64,000 bases of DNA from Balanoglossus misakiensis (lineage: Eukaryota; Animalia; Hemichordata). The DNA is taken from assembly GCA_040954595.2 (NCBI GenBank), contig CM082593.2, positions 310,001-374,000 on the forward strand, in the 5' to 3' direction. Made by a program: the position numbers and the translations under genes. Shown here in pieces: positions 51,001-64,000 of this stretch (the first letter of the stretch is position 1; each line of letters starts with the position of its first letter). Below the pieces are notes generated by a model, which saw nothing but the letters and a program-made list of their open reading frames with translations, was not told the origin of the DNA and ran no database searches.

Positions 51001-54000
51001 CATGTGACACAGGACAAACAAGACATGATCTTTCTTGTTAGACGGCACAAAAGTTTTGTTGAACTCTGCACCTTCTTGTTTTATCCACAGAGCTTGACTT
51101 GTTTACTTGGCCAGCAACCTGTTGCTATGGTAATAAACCAAGTCTCGCGAGATCTCACAATGGGCAGAAAATCATCTAATAATCATGTGATTGATTCAGT
51201 GCATTCAACCCTAAAGAAATTCATCGTTCATTTTTCTGATATGTTGTGTCAACCTGTCAGATGCAGATACATTTAGAATTTTTTTTTATTTTGTCTGGGT
51301 CTTCTCATTATAAAGAGAAATGTGCTTTTCTGAGATCATGTGACATGCACAGGTCTTGACGCATTGCCTGGAGACAGAACTCACTGATGAATTTGAGACA
51401 ATTTTCTGAATGCGTGTTTTTGAGAGGTGTCTGCATATTAGTAAAATTGCTTTTTGTAGTAATTTATCGGATATTGCTTCTTCTAGTGTCTTGTAAGTTG
51501 TAGTCAGTAATTTGTTTTTGGAGACATAGTGTCTCTTACTTAGCTGTGATAAAACAAATCTGATATTTTATCTTTGTAGCATGATAATTTTGTTTCACTT
51601 AAGGAAATTGGCTTTTTTGTGGATGAGAGAATGCTTATATGGTTTTGCATTTCTTTCCATTGATTGGTGGATATTTTACCCACTTCCTCAATACATGTAT
51701 TTTCAAAAGTCTCCTATCAACAGTTTTGTCTGTGTGCTCAGTCTCAGAATTGCAAAGCCCTGTATAAAAACCCTGACCCTCACACCCCTATATCCATTCA
51801 CATAGATCCAACCAAACCAGTGTTTGCAATATAGGAACGGACCAAAATGATGCTGGAGAAAGAGGATATAATCAACATCTGTGATGATAAACCTCTCTGA
51901 AGTCATCGTAAAGCACTCACACAAAAGCCCTTCATATATTTCATTATAATCTGTAAACTCTCCATGCAACAGATGGCATAGTCATGCCATCATCACAATG
52001 AAATGATGGCAGACATAGCTTCATTGTGTCAATGCCTTGAACTCTTTCCATTGGTAGTATTATTTCAAATTAAATTAAATTGAAATAAATTAAATTAAAT
52101 TACATAACATAACATTACATTAAATGCAATGTTGGTATTATCCCAATTTATTAATTCAATTATTATCATGTCAAGACATAAAACCTGTTTTGTACAACTG
52201 ATGTACACATATGATGGCCAGTTGTACTATACTGTTAAATGTGAGTTTGCCAATGGAAAAGCAAGTCACTGCATCCTCATATTGCACTGTGTGTAGGTCA
52301 AACCAATTCTTGAAGGACGTATTAGAAGGGTTAATCCTGTAACACAGATGGAAAAACCACTTTAATAAACACATTTTTAATATCAACATGTAAGAAATAC
52401 TAGGGGCACACATTAGGTGGGAATATTTGAATATCTGGATGGGGGACCTTTATATTTATACAGACACAGTGATATGCATGTAAATGGATATTTTGTGGAT
52501 TGTGAATAGCTTAACTATGATCTGGAAATCTAAGCTGTCAATCAAGAGGTTGCCGGTAGCAACACAAATTCATTTCTTGAACATTTCAAAGATGGTCTGA
52601 AATTTTCAAAGAGCACTGATTGGATTCAACGGTAAAGTGGGTGAAACTGATCAATAGTGAAATACAATTGGACATCTGTATTGCGAGTCACTGAGGAGAG
52701 AGAGAGAGGGAGAGAGAAAGCAACATATGGTTCATGGTGACTTTGTCATTAACATGCATGACATGTATGAAATAATTCACAATTTATAAATCATCGGTGT
52801 TCAATGTGTGATATTTATTGCACATCTTATATTTTATTAATCATTCTAAAAAGAATTTATAAAAATGTGAGCGTTGTTTTGAAACAGTGATCTATATAAG
52901 AAGATTTAATGAATATTTGGCATTTGAATTATGTAATGCTAATCACACAGAAATTATATAATATATCATACCTACATCTGAGACTGTAGAGCACACCATT
53001 ATAAATGACTGAAAATGAATGATTTGTTTGAAGGTAAATTATTTATAAATATGAACACAAAAATAACTGAAATTTGAACACTACTTGGTATGAAGACTGC
53101 ATCTCAGAAATACTTTGCAGTACAAACATGTCAGGATAAATGTACTGATTCTTCAATTGTGTCATAGAATACTTCATCCTTAACTTAATCACAGCGATAT
53201 TTTCTTGAAATTGGTTTTCTTCTTTTTTTCAATCTCCATATTTTATTGACCAGGACTGTGTATTCAAGAGGAGTATCTATGCAATGATGACTGATTGTAT
53301 TTTTCACTAATCCATCCTACTTACGACAACACACACCTTGAATGTAAATGACACGTCTTGAATGCAAAATCCCAGCTTGCTTCTTTAGAAAATAAAAACC
53401 CTTCTTCTATATAATTTTCTTAAGTATTTCTGTCCATTCTGCTTACTTGGCAAAACTATTATGCTAAAACTACGGATTAGGTGAATTCTCTTTCCAACTT
53501 TGTGAACCACAATTCTGATTTTTGTTTGGAATTGCATGAACTGTGTATAAATTAATAAAAAATCAGTTATACAAACAATAAAAATGAATGAGTACAATGT
53601 TGAATGGAGGAATGTTCTGTGTAAAGCTGTAAATATTGTATTTTATGAGTTTTGTAATGAAAGAAGTTGTAAAATCTCCAGAGGTAGTCAAGATCGGCTG
53701 AAATACCTTAAGGGAAGAGTCTTATTACACCTGTTCAATACACAGTAGCTGTATATAATTTTTCCATTCTATGGGTTTGTTAATCAGAGTTATTTTTAGT
53801 TGCTGTTACTATATGTGACTGAAATAGCAATAATTTGTGCCAGTATGGCTTTCCCTAATTGCCATCAATACTTTTATATTTTTGAACCGCTTGGAGTACA
53901 GGCATTTCAAAGCTCAGCAATTTCTGAATGATTTTAGAAATTAAGCCGGAAGAAAACTCCTTCTTGATGTATAAGTTCTAATCAGTTTTTGAAATCCCAA

Positions 54001-56817
54001 TGGCTTCTACGTTGTGTTCTGTTTGAAGCAATAATGCTCCTCGATTTGAACGGTTAATTTCAACGTGGACAATGATATATTTCCATGCTATATAAAAGAG
54101 GTTGCATTAAATATTCACTCCAATATATATCTTTATTTAGCTTCTAAAATTGAATTTTATATTGACTCAATTTATCAAAGGTATGTTAAAAAATTGCTTG
54201 AGGACATTGTTCAAATACTTTCACTCAGTGTTAACACTATTCTGGAAGATGCAACAAACGTTTTGATTGGTTAATTTCACAGCAGGACAGTGAAGTTTCT
54301 GATCGCTTGGTCTTGTATCTGTATTCTTGTTTTATTGCCACATTTTGCCAAATATACTTCATGTGTAGGTCGCTCACGGTAATTATCTTATTATGAGAGG
54401 CACGGAAATAGTCAAAGTGAACAAGTGGAGTCCCTGGTCCATTTCTAGAATGAAAGAGTATATCATATGAAGGTCGGGTCATGGTGAATTTGGGATATGG
54501 ATTATGACTGAAAATCAATAGAATCAGGAAAAGGTTTAATGCAAAGTTTTTACAATGTGTAGTTGTCTCCATTATGATCAGGACGGCCCAGTTGACATGA
54601 ATTTGCCAGAAATCCAGGCTGACCTCAGTTGTTGAAGATTATATCGCCTATCCAAGAAGGACACACACAAATTTACGTGTGGATTTCTCACCCGGGATAG
54701 TAGTTTTAATATAGATACGATGACAGACCTTGTCCTATTTGTTTTCCTGTAATTGAACTGTGTGTGTACATTGTATATGTACAGATGGGGCTTGGCAAAC
54801 GTGACCATGCATTTTTGAATAGTGTAATGAGATCCATGGTGTTGCTGGTTGCATCTTCTGTGGCTTGCAGACTTAGACATTTTGTGATGACAAGGACCCT
54901 GCAGTGACTGAGGTGTGACCTGGAAATTTAAAGTTTCTTATGTAGACTTGAAGTTACAGTAGCATGTTTTAGTTTCAGAGATTGACAAAATAACATGATC
55001 GTAGGGAGTGACCTCTTTAGGGATTGGCAGCATTTGCGGGATAAGCTTAGCTTACCAGTAAAAGTCAGTGATCAAGGACAAATTTATTTTTAATAAAGTT
55101 TGTACCAAGGCCAGCCATATTTCCCATTCAGAGACATTGATCAAATAAAGTAAACTCAAGTAGTATTCATTATACTATAAGAAACATGCATGTTCATTCA
55201 CTAATTCTGATTAAGCCATGAAATATAATTACAGTTCAGTATTAAAAAGGAACTCATGGAAAATTTCAGGGATTTATTGAATTAGAGCTGAATATAAAGA
55301 AATTCTAAAGGGTATTTTAGGAATTTTTTATAGGCTGTAGTTCAGCGCAACAAACGAAAAAAGCTCTTTACAAGTCTTTTTGTGGCTCTGATTGCGTCAT
55401 GTGACTTGGTTGCAAGAACTGCAAAGGTTTATGGGATACATGGCATCATTAGGTACATATACAAATTAATTTGCATCATGAAAATGAATGGATGATACGT
55501 AAAAAGCTATCAGAAAAGAACTAGCAGAAAAATGTCAGTTAATTCATGACGCCTGTAAGAATAAAGAAACTTACATTGTAAGATTGGTCATACATGTGGT
55601 TTGTAGGTAACAATTTGAAAGGGCTAGAGAAACTGAAATTCAGATTGATTTACAATTACATATTGTGATAAGCAAAATGGATTGAGGAAATGTTTCATAG
55701 AATTGGATTGTCAATGAGGAAACTTGGTTTGGTTTGCAAACCGCAGGTCGTAAATTATGTAGGTCACACCCAGTGATTATACATTACAGATTGTATACAC
55801 AACACACTACGCTCATTGCAACTACTGTATAGACGCTCTCACATACATACATATCGCTATCCCTGATTCTCTGCTGTACACTGAAGTACTGTAAATGTCC
55901 TAGCCGAGTGAAATGAATCTTTCAACTTTGCTAGGCAGTCGGGTGATCAAGATACAAGGAAATTGCATAGTCAGCATGGGGGCTATTAATATGTAGAACA
56001 ACCCACTGGTGTACTTGAATATTAAAAGGCATATTTAGAGCCATATTTCATGTCTGTTTATTCCCAGGTTGATTCAATTTGATTTTTCCATTATCTTTGA
56101 AAGTAAATATCTAGTAATGCAATTTTGATGCAATTTCAACCTGGTCATCTTCGAGGTGGAATCCATCATTTGTATAAATTCTTTCAATTATATGCAGGAC
56201 TGATCATTTCATTGGCTGAAATCCAAACAGCAGATCAGATTATGTTTCTCGGAATCAGTGGATAACATCAAAATGTAAAATGATTAATGTTGTGGGCATA
56301 CTTACTGATAAATATGATGTTAGCATTAGGAGTAATTAATTATGGAATTTTCTATTAAAGTCTTGCAGAGAGTGACCATTTCTTACAAGTTGTTATAAAT
56401 GCCACTCTGTTGATATGACAAGGGTCTGACATGAAACCAAAAAGACGAGCCAGAAGGGAGTTCTTACAGAAAAAAAATCTCTGATAGAATTTATTGAGTA
56501 GAAAACCTATAAATTATACAGAATTTCACATCTGTGCTAACTGATCAAAAACTCATGGGATGAGTATAAGCTTTGGCATGGCATGGCTGGTCAAAGGTCA
56601 AGCCAACACCCCAAGCTATATATAAGTAGCACATCCGGATTGGCCAATCTGAAGTAGAAATTGCCATATACATGTATTATAGGCAAAGAAACTGACCCTA
56701 TGTATAAGTGGTCTATGTGTTATACAACCCGGCTTCATATATTTGAGGGAAACATGTTCTGATTTCAAAATGCATGTGCTAAGTGGTGTTGTGATCACAC
56801 AGAGAGATGTTTTATTC

Positions 56818-56854
<37 letters not shown>

Positions 56855-56913
56855 GGAGGAGGAGGAGGAGGAGGAGGAGGAGGAGGAGGAGGAGGAGGAG
56901 GAGGATGATGATG
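56818..56913. repeat. Compound microsatellite (ATG)12(AGG)17(ATG)3
   Basis: Directly visible; accounts for the poly-M/R and poly-P/H ORFs. Confidence 0.95.
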
Positions 56914-59900
56914 ATTAGACTGAACAGCCAATGGAAAGAGATATAATGAGATCTCTTCGGATAATATCTTGACAGCTCTGATGAAGAAACTGATTTCTGG
57001 TTGGTTTCTTGTTTGTACGAGTGTCATTTGGTTTGCATTTAGATGACTGGTAACTTGAAACTCAGCACCTGCTGTATACATACACTTGTCAGAGACTTTA
57101 CAGCACTCAGAATTGTGATGAGACAGACACATAATACATTATACATTCTTTCCACATTTCTTCGGACTCTACCACACCCTCATTAATTTTGAAATAAAAC
57201 AGAATTAGACTGTATTTTCCACACTGTCTATTCCGACCCACATTCGCAAAGACGTGAGGTTGTTAACACAACCCTCATTTGTCAACTTTTTACCGATGAC
57301 TTGAGCAGGATCTGTGAAGCCACTGCAGTTCTGATCTACAGTCGTTCATGCTGAGTCGGAAAGTTGATCGTCCGACCGATGACTGACAACTCCTCATGGC
57401 TTCAATATGAAGTCCTAACCTCAGGTGACCTGATGGATTTAATTTGAAAGCTTTTTAATGCTTTGCAGCAAGTACACTACAGAGTGATTGATGTATTGAT
57501 TACAACGCAACATCGAAGACAGAGTTAATTTATGATTGAGTTTTGATGGGATGCAATTGTAATGGTGTATTCTTAACATGGAAACATACAACACAAATAG
57601 GTCACATCTCTCCAGCAAGAACGTGGTCATATATGAATGTATTGGTCTGTATAATGAATGCTTACATGTAATCAGACATACACATACACATATAAATGAC
57701 ACAATTTCTGTCCTCATCCGAGGTCATGGCCTTCTTCCAACGTCTAATTTCTCTCAAATCCCTTTTGGCTATGATTACGGTGTCATAATTGGCACAGCTT
57801 GGTAAAATTTATCAATCTGATTCCAATCTATCTGCTCAACTTTGCAGTTCAAGTTCATGCAAGTGCATTTCAGGATTCAGTGAGGCCTGAAGCAAAGCAA
57901 TTGCTTTCCCTAATGGTTTTGCCAATGATCAGTTGTGCAGCAAAGTGCCAATTCTGATGATATGTATATTTGCCGCAGTTCCTCCCAAGAATGAGTACCC
58001 ATGCCATAACAGAATAAGAAAAAAACTACCATAAAAAGTAGTACAGATGAATGAGAAGTATTTTGAATTACATGAATTTCTATTTTTTTCAAATCAAAAA
58101 TAGTGAAAAAAGTAAAAAGTTCAGATTTGAAAAAGTTCACCAATATGTAACCTGGTAGTGAACAAATTTGGCCAATAAAACTCAACTGATATTATACGAT
58201 GATTTGCATGATTGCTCTTGAGTGGCAGTTTTGTAAATGGAGAACCCTGCAAGAGATTGGTGAGTAGTTGTCTATTCTGTGGCTATGCCTTGTGCTGAAC
58301 TTGATAAGGCCATTACTGAAGGCACTAGACTGCCGTGAGGGGAATAACAAGTATGACGTTGAATTGAACTACTTTTAATCAGTCGTTTCTGTTGAAAGAT
58401 TTCACCCAGTGTGTAGTTTCGCACTTTCATCTTCTTTCTATACTTCTGAGGTCCTCTCTGACAAATATTCTTCAAGCATCGCAAAATTAATCTTCAGGGT
58501 TCTTTGAGAGAATGTGTCTTGTCAGAGAGGATGCTTACGCTTTGTGAATTTTGATGCATTACAAGTCAGTGATCTTGATTAAAAACAAAATTTGACTTGT
58601 TAGTGATGGCTGAGAGCTGCTTAAAATTCCCAGGTGTGTTTAAGGCACTTATTGTGCTTTTCTAATCCAACATCCGACAGTGAGAGTTGTCATTAAGGTT
58701 GGAAGATTGATGTCACAAACCGTGTGAAACATTACTTTTGATTGGTTTATATTGAAATATATAACATGTGTCATGATTGGTCTATGTTTTCAGTGCAGTT
58801 TTTCACCAGAATAGTATGGTGTCTAATGAGTAATATGATCATGGAAGACTTTGGAAAGTCATAAGCCATCAAGCAGAACTCTCTGTGAGGAAAAACTGAT
58901 CTGCTGTGAATATATTTATCCAGTGAGATACTCAAGCAAATGAAGACTTGATAAAAAAAAATAGCAAAATTTTTACAACTCGGAAGTGCAATAACCAGAA
59001 AGATAAAGATCATTGAATTAAGTTGCAGTTGATTGTCTACTTTGTGCCGTCTAACTTTTACCATTCTATGATAGTCAACTTTGCTCAATAAGATGTTAGT
59101 GCCAAAATAATAAAAATGAAATTAATCTTTATATCCCTATACATTGCATATTTAATACCCATGCAGTGTGACTGCTACCGTTAATGGAGGCAATATATGT
59201 AATGGTGCTAACTTTCCATAGTTTGTATTTCATCAGTTGCAGTAAAGTGAAACACACAAAAAGAAGTGATTTCACATTTGTAGCCTTTTGAAAAGAAGTG
59301 GTGTCATGGCCTTGTAGTTCACTCAGGGCAATCTGTTTTATTACCATTTATCAGCTTTTACGCTGACTGAGCATACTGCTGTGTTGGAATGAGATTGTCC
59401 ATTTTCCACTGCACTGCCTGTGTCTCCCACTCTTGCTATTAAAATGCATGTGCTCTGCCAGGGCTTACCTGAAGCACACAGAATTGATAAGATCCCTTTC
59501 TGATATGACTGGAAAAGTGTGCTTCAGTCTCTCTCAGTCTTGTCTCTAGAATTCTGATTCAGTCTGTGTTAATCAGGACCCAGCATCAGTGTTGCATTAT
59601 GGGTATTGAGAAAGGTTGAAATCGGTCACAGATGAGAAAGTTTACAAGTACAAGTACTTTTAATCATGATTTTTTGTCATAGTTTGGAAATATCAAACCA
59701 GAGTTAACCAGCCTAACGAACTTGCTTTGAAAGCAATTCACCCACTGGCCAGTGTTTTTAAAGCAACCAACAATGATTAGGAAAGAAAGACAAGATGGTT
59801 ATATCTTGAGGCAAATTATTATGAAACATTTTATCTAATAATAAGTTGTAGAATTTTCCCTTGGCAGTCATCTGATGACATTGTCCCTGTAGGAATACTA

Positions 59901-61760
59901 TCCAGAAATGTCATTTTACTTTACCCTGACTTTAATGAGAGATTTTTTTTAATGAAACACATCCCCCGGATATTTTGTCTGCCAAGTTGGTAATTTTTTA
60001 CTGCACACTGTAGACAGACAGATTGGCATTTGTGTGTACGTTCAAACTAAAAGGCTGTTGTGTCTAGATCTTGATTTACAACCATTGTCATAGTCCCTTT
60101 CCTTGCAGACAGTCATATCTTGCAAGATAGAATACAAAGTTAGTCAAGAAGGTTTCATTTCACCAACTTGCGGAATGTGAAAGATACATGTATACATGTC
60201 CTACTGTTGATTGCAATTGTGTATACACTTGAAATGGCCATGAAAAAATCAGCTATATTTCAGTGATGACAGTAGAAAATCTTTCTTTTGTTGAGATATT
60301 TCATATATCAAGATGTAATCTCTTATTTTTGCGTTTAGTGGAGAGCAGGTGGTATGCAATTACTGATGGACGATAAAAGTGACATTCAAAGGTTATTCTG
60401 ACATCAAGCGAAATGTCAAGGGTTTCTGGGACGTTTTCTCTCATCTGCTGACATGAAATCAGAACACTCTTAGTGAAAAAGAGGAAATGCTTGTGGTCGT
60501 TGTAGTGCTCAGACTGTGAGTGTCGCATCCTGTATTTTATGAACTCTCATACACATGTAGGTCAATCACATCAGTTAGGCAGAACACGTACATGAATATA
60601 GAAATGTTGTGATCCAGAAATATTAAAAAGAAAAAGATGAAAGTGAGATATTTAAAACAGTGTTTCATCCAGGATGTCTCAGTTAAGGGGGTAGGATGTT
60701 TCAAATGAGCAAAATAACCTTGTCACATTAGAGCCGTCGATATACAATGTGGGGTAATGTATAAGCAGTGAGCATAGGATTCAAAGCTTAGTTTTTCCCT
60801 TTTCAAGTATTGTCAGCTATTGGGAGAATTCTGAGGACACAGCTGGACCTTTGACCTCGAATTGGGGTCATTAATCTGGTCGGACTGAAGGTTTATCATT
60901 TGTTTATGCAGTGCATCTTTGAATAATTAATCTTCAAGAAAATGTGTGATTCTGTTTTGCACTACATTTAACAAACCTTTTACTCTCATTGAATTATTGA
61001 ACAGTGCAGGCATTAATGATGCAACATGCAAAGTTTAATAATGAAAAGTGAGCTGATTTATGTACTGGCTTGCTGATTTTGTGAGTTTTGTAGCCATCAT
61101 TACATTGCAGTCTTGACTTCATCTTTTTTATGTTCATGTACTACATCTCTGGTTAGTTAAAAGCCAGGGTAATGGGACTTGCTTTGCGAAAGCATCATTT
61201 TAGAGAAATGATTACTCTTTCAATAATAGTAATTTGGTTTTCATGCTTTGAATCGGTGCAGAGTGTCAGGCGGTATATTATGAGTCAGATCTGCTTCGAT
61301 AAAACTTCTGTCCATGAACACAAAACAAAAATAGAGCACTGAGAAATAATAAACTGGAATAAGACTACAAAAGTGAATACTAGTTCTGAGTCGTGTTTTA
61401 TGGGAAATTGGTGCTTTTTCAGTGATGCTGACAGTTATGAAAATAAATGAAGTTTTCAGTTTGTTTTTGTTCTCAGGAGTAGGGGAGAAATCTGGTGAAC
61501 CAGGAGTCATCGATGATATTTAACTTCCAAGCCAGCAGACATAATGAAAACATTCGGAATCTGTTCCATATGGTTCCGGATAATATCACACTGATTTTCC
61601 GGAGCTGGAAATATGGGACATATTAGATTGAGGAATTCAAAGATTAGTGTATCTGAGACCATACTTGTTCAATTGAAAAATGTCATGTATGAACAGAAAT
61701 GAAATACAACTTTCATCAGAGCGAACTAGAGAGACTTAGGAATGGCATGATTTGTATTAG

Positions 61761-61863
61761 CTGCAGAACCATAGCTCAGGGTTTTGCCTGGTATTGGATG
61801 TTGCAACCAACATCCAATACCAGCATCTTATACCAGGCAAAACCTCGAGCTACGGTTCTGCAG
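61761..61863. mobile_element. ~100-bp palindromic MITE-like element
   Basis: 34-bp imperfect TIRs (CTGCAGAACCATAGCTCAGGGTTTTGCCTGGTAT / ATACCAGGCAAAACCTCGAGCTACGGTTCTGCAG), inner 16-bp hairpin, flanking ATTTGTATT direct repeats. Confidence 0.65.
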
Positions 61864-63908
61864 ATTTGTATTGTGATTTGTGTATGTTAATGATGAGCCG
61901 AAACAAAAGAACGGAGTTGTGATGTAACCATCTTCTCAGGAGTCGCTGTCGGTGTTTGTAAACATGGTTGTCATTGGTTGCTACTGTGCAGCAAAGAACA
62001 CTATCCATTCAAATTATGTTTGGGCATATACATTAAATCGATATTGAAGAATATCTGAAATGCATTTTTTACAATATAGTAGAAAATTGATAGCAGATAT
62101 TTATATGGCTTCGTGGATAATTGAAAGCGGTGATGCGCAAAGTCTTTGTTCGGAAGCGAAGGTAGATTGGACTGAACCATTATCATTAGAGGTGAACCAT
62201 TTGAAGTTAATGTTGGCCAGAATGACATTGGAATAGCAATAAAAAGAGAAAACGCAAAAACTTGAAATAGCATTAATTTTAAAATGGTCTGTGTTTTGGT
62301 CAAGTCGTGTATTGATATACTCTGAGTGATTTTGCTTTGAGGATGTTTTTTGAGACTGAGGTTTCTAGTTCTTAGAACATTTTAGGGGGCATTGTAATGA
62401 GTTGAAGGGTTGGAATGTGGTTTGGTGAGCTTCAGCGACCCCCTGGGAATGCTTTGTTTGATGTGGAAATTTCGTGTTTGGAATACAGCTGGGACGTTCA
62501 GGCCTCCTGGCAGAGGCCAAGCAGTCGCAGTTCAAAGGTTGTTTTGTGAAGAGTTAGGAATAGGCGTTGGAACACACTTCAACCGTGTCGTTTATACGTC
62601 GTCTAACTTGCATTGGATATTCCGTAGTCGTTGGATACTTTCTGTGCACATTTTGAGCATTCACCTCGTACCATCATGGAATGGTGAGTCACTATCCTCT
62701 CTGTGCCTTTCATTCAGACATCACTCACAAAGAAGCATTAAGGAAAATTTGTTTCTTCTACGTGTCTGACACTTGACAGAGATGACTTGCAGAGCTTAAA
62801 ATCACAATAAGAATGTCGGCAAGTCAGACTTCACAGAAACAATGTCCTCTTGTGCTCACGTCCCCTCACCCATCTTCAGTTTGTCTGCTTAATTGCACAG
62901 TTAAAATCGTGTCTAGCCAGAGTTTCAGAAACATTTATCACGTTTGTCACTACACAGTTGGCAAAATCAATCCTTATTTGAAAATGGAACTGTAAAGGGA
63001 GACGGTGATTTATATGCATGACTGGAAGTGATTTAGTGTTTTCTGTAGCTTGGACTGCAGAATTACCCATGATTGCAAGAGTAAATATGTTGTACACATC
63101 TGTATTGAGAAAATCAATTTATAAGAAATCAGCCAGGTCAATGCATGATACTCACCATGGTAGCATTAATGAGCTGTGGAACTTGATGGAAAAAAAATCC
63201 AATACCCGACTATTAAAGTGGTTTTACAAGGCCACTGAATTCTGATTTGAAGTGGCACTTTTGCTTCTGCGTGCCAAAAGGCAGTAATTCACTGCAGGAG
63301 GGTTTTTAAAGGGGAGTGGTTGGCTTCGGTGGGACAGAACGTTTCATTCCAACGCAGGAATGAAAGAATGTTGTAAAGAAGAAGAAGAAGGTGGCAGATA
63401 TGTACGACTGGTGTTTGCAAAAAGTTGTCCCTCTGATGCTCAACAACTTCAAAAATTGTTTCCTTATCATGTTAAGTTTAGTCTGCAGGTGTTTCTAACT
63501 TGTTGCTTTGGAAATGTAGTCATCAGCTAAAAGTGACATACGTTTTGATTTTGAGATATAGCCATTCTGCCAATAATACCGTCGCGACATGACTTGGTAC
63601 ACTTTCTGGACTGAGCCAATGTCTTTCAGTGTTGTTGAATTAAAATTCTAAACATATTCACGAATGTGGGTAGTTCGCCTGGTTATTCAATGTGCGCCTG
63701 CAGGCAAGCAGAATCCTTGTTTCAGCTTATCAGTCAGCTGTCTGCCTTGTAAATGTCAACCTTCATGGGATACCAGTTAGGTCAATGTGACCTTGATGAC
63801 CCCAATCTTGTGGGTCACTGTACAGACATTGCAATGTACTTCATCATTTTGTTCATGCGAACTTGTTGGACCAACTCAAATTTTACTGAAAAGAGAGTTA
63901 CATGTAGC

Positions 63909-63952
63909 TACTGCAAACCAGGAAATCTTCGCACCGAGAAATTTTGCGATGT
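63909..63952. mobile_element. Diverged left end related to the TA MITE at 44844
   Basis: tactgcaaaccaggaaatcttcgc..gaaattttgcgat resembles tactgtaaaacgggaaattttcac..gaaattttcgcgat. Confidence 0.4.
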
Positions 63953-64000
63953 CAACTGTTGTGACCATTTCGTGACAAAATAGTTTTGTGTTATTTGGTA

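Noticed and set aside
56743-57132. Poly-Met/Arg and poly-Pro/His ORFs
   Set aside because: Translation artefacts of the compound microsatellite.
45000-64000. Many 60-120 aa ORFs in the track
   Set aside because: No domain motifs or consistent exon structure; typical of random AT-rich ORFs.

Overview
AT-rich, intron-dense genomic DNA from an invertebrate animal (spliceosomal GT-AG introns, mostly 80-300 bp); no prokaryotic features. Gene order: 3' part of FBXL15 (+), ZGRF1 helicase (-), a 2.5-kb composite inverted-repeat/satellite block, POLB (+, head-to-head with ZGRF1), a small two-exon gene for a probably N-myristoylated protein (-), a type-B carboxylesterase (-), a long-chain acyl-CoA synthetase (-), a secreted protein with two DUF442/BLH-like domains (+), a class A neuropeptide-type GPCR (-), then a probable RAPGEF2/6 first coding exon (+) and ~19 kb of apparently intronic sequence with MITEs and microsatellites. 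Main observations: (1) a perfect 307-bp inverted duplication puts the same sequence upstream of both DNA-repair genes, around a 254-bp satellite and a G-rich 28-bp minisatellite; (2) the intron-containing tandem DUF442-like gene has one intact CX4R loop and one degenerate loop; (3) the myristoylation-motif gene is only partly visible in the ORF track. Exon boundaries and family calls were read by eye from memory of the families; no searches were run.
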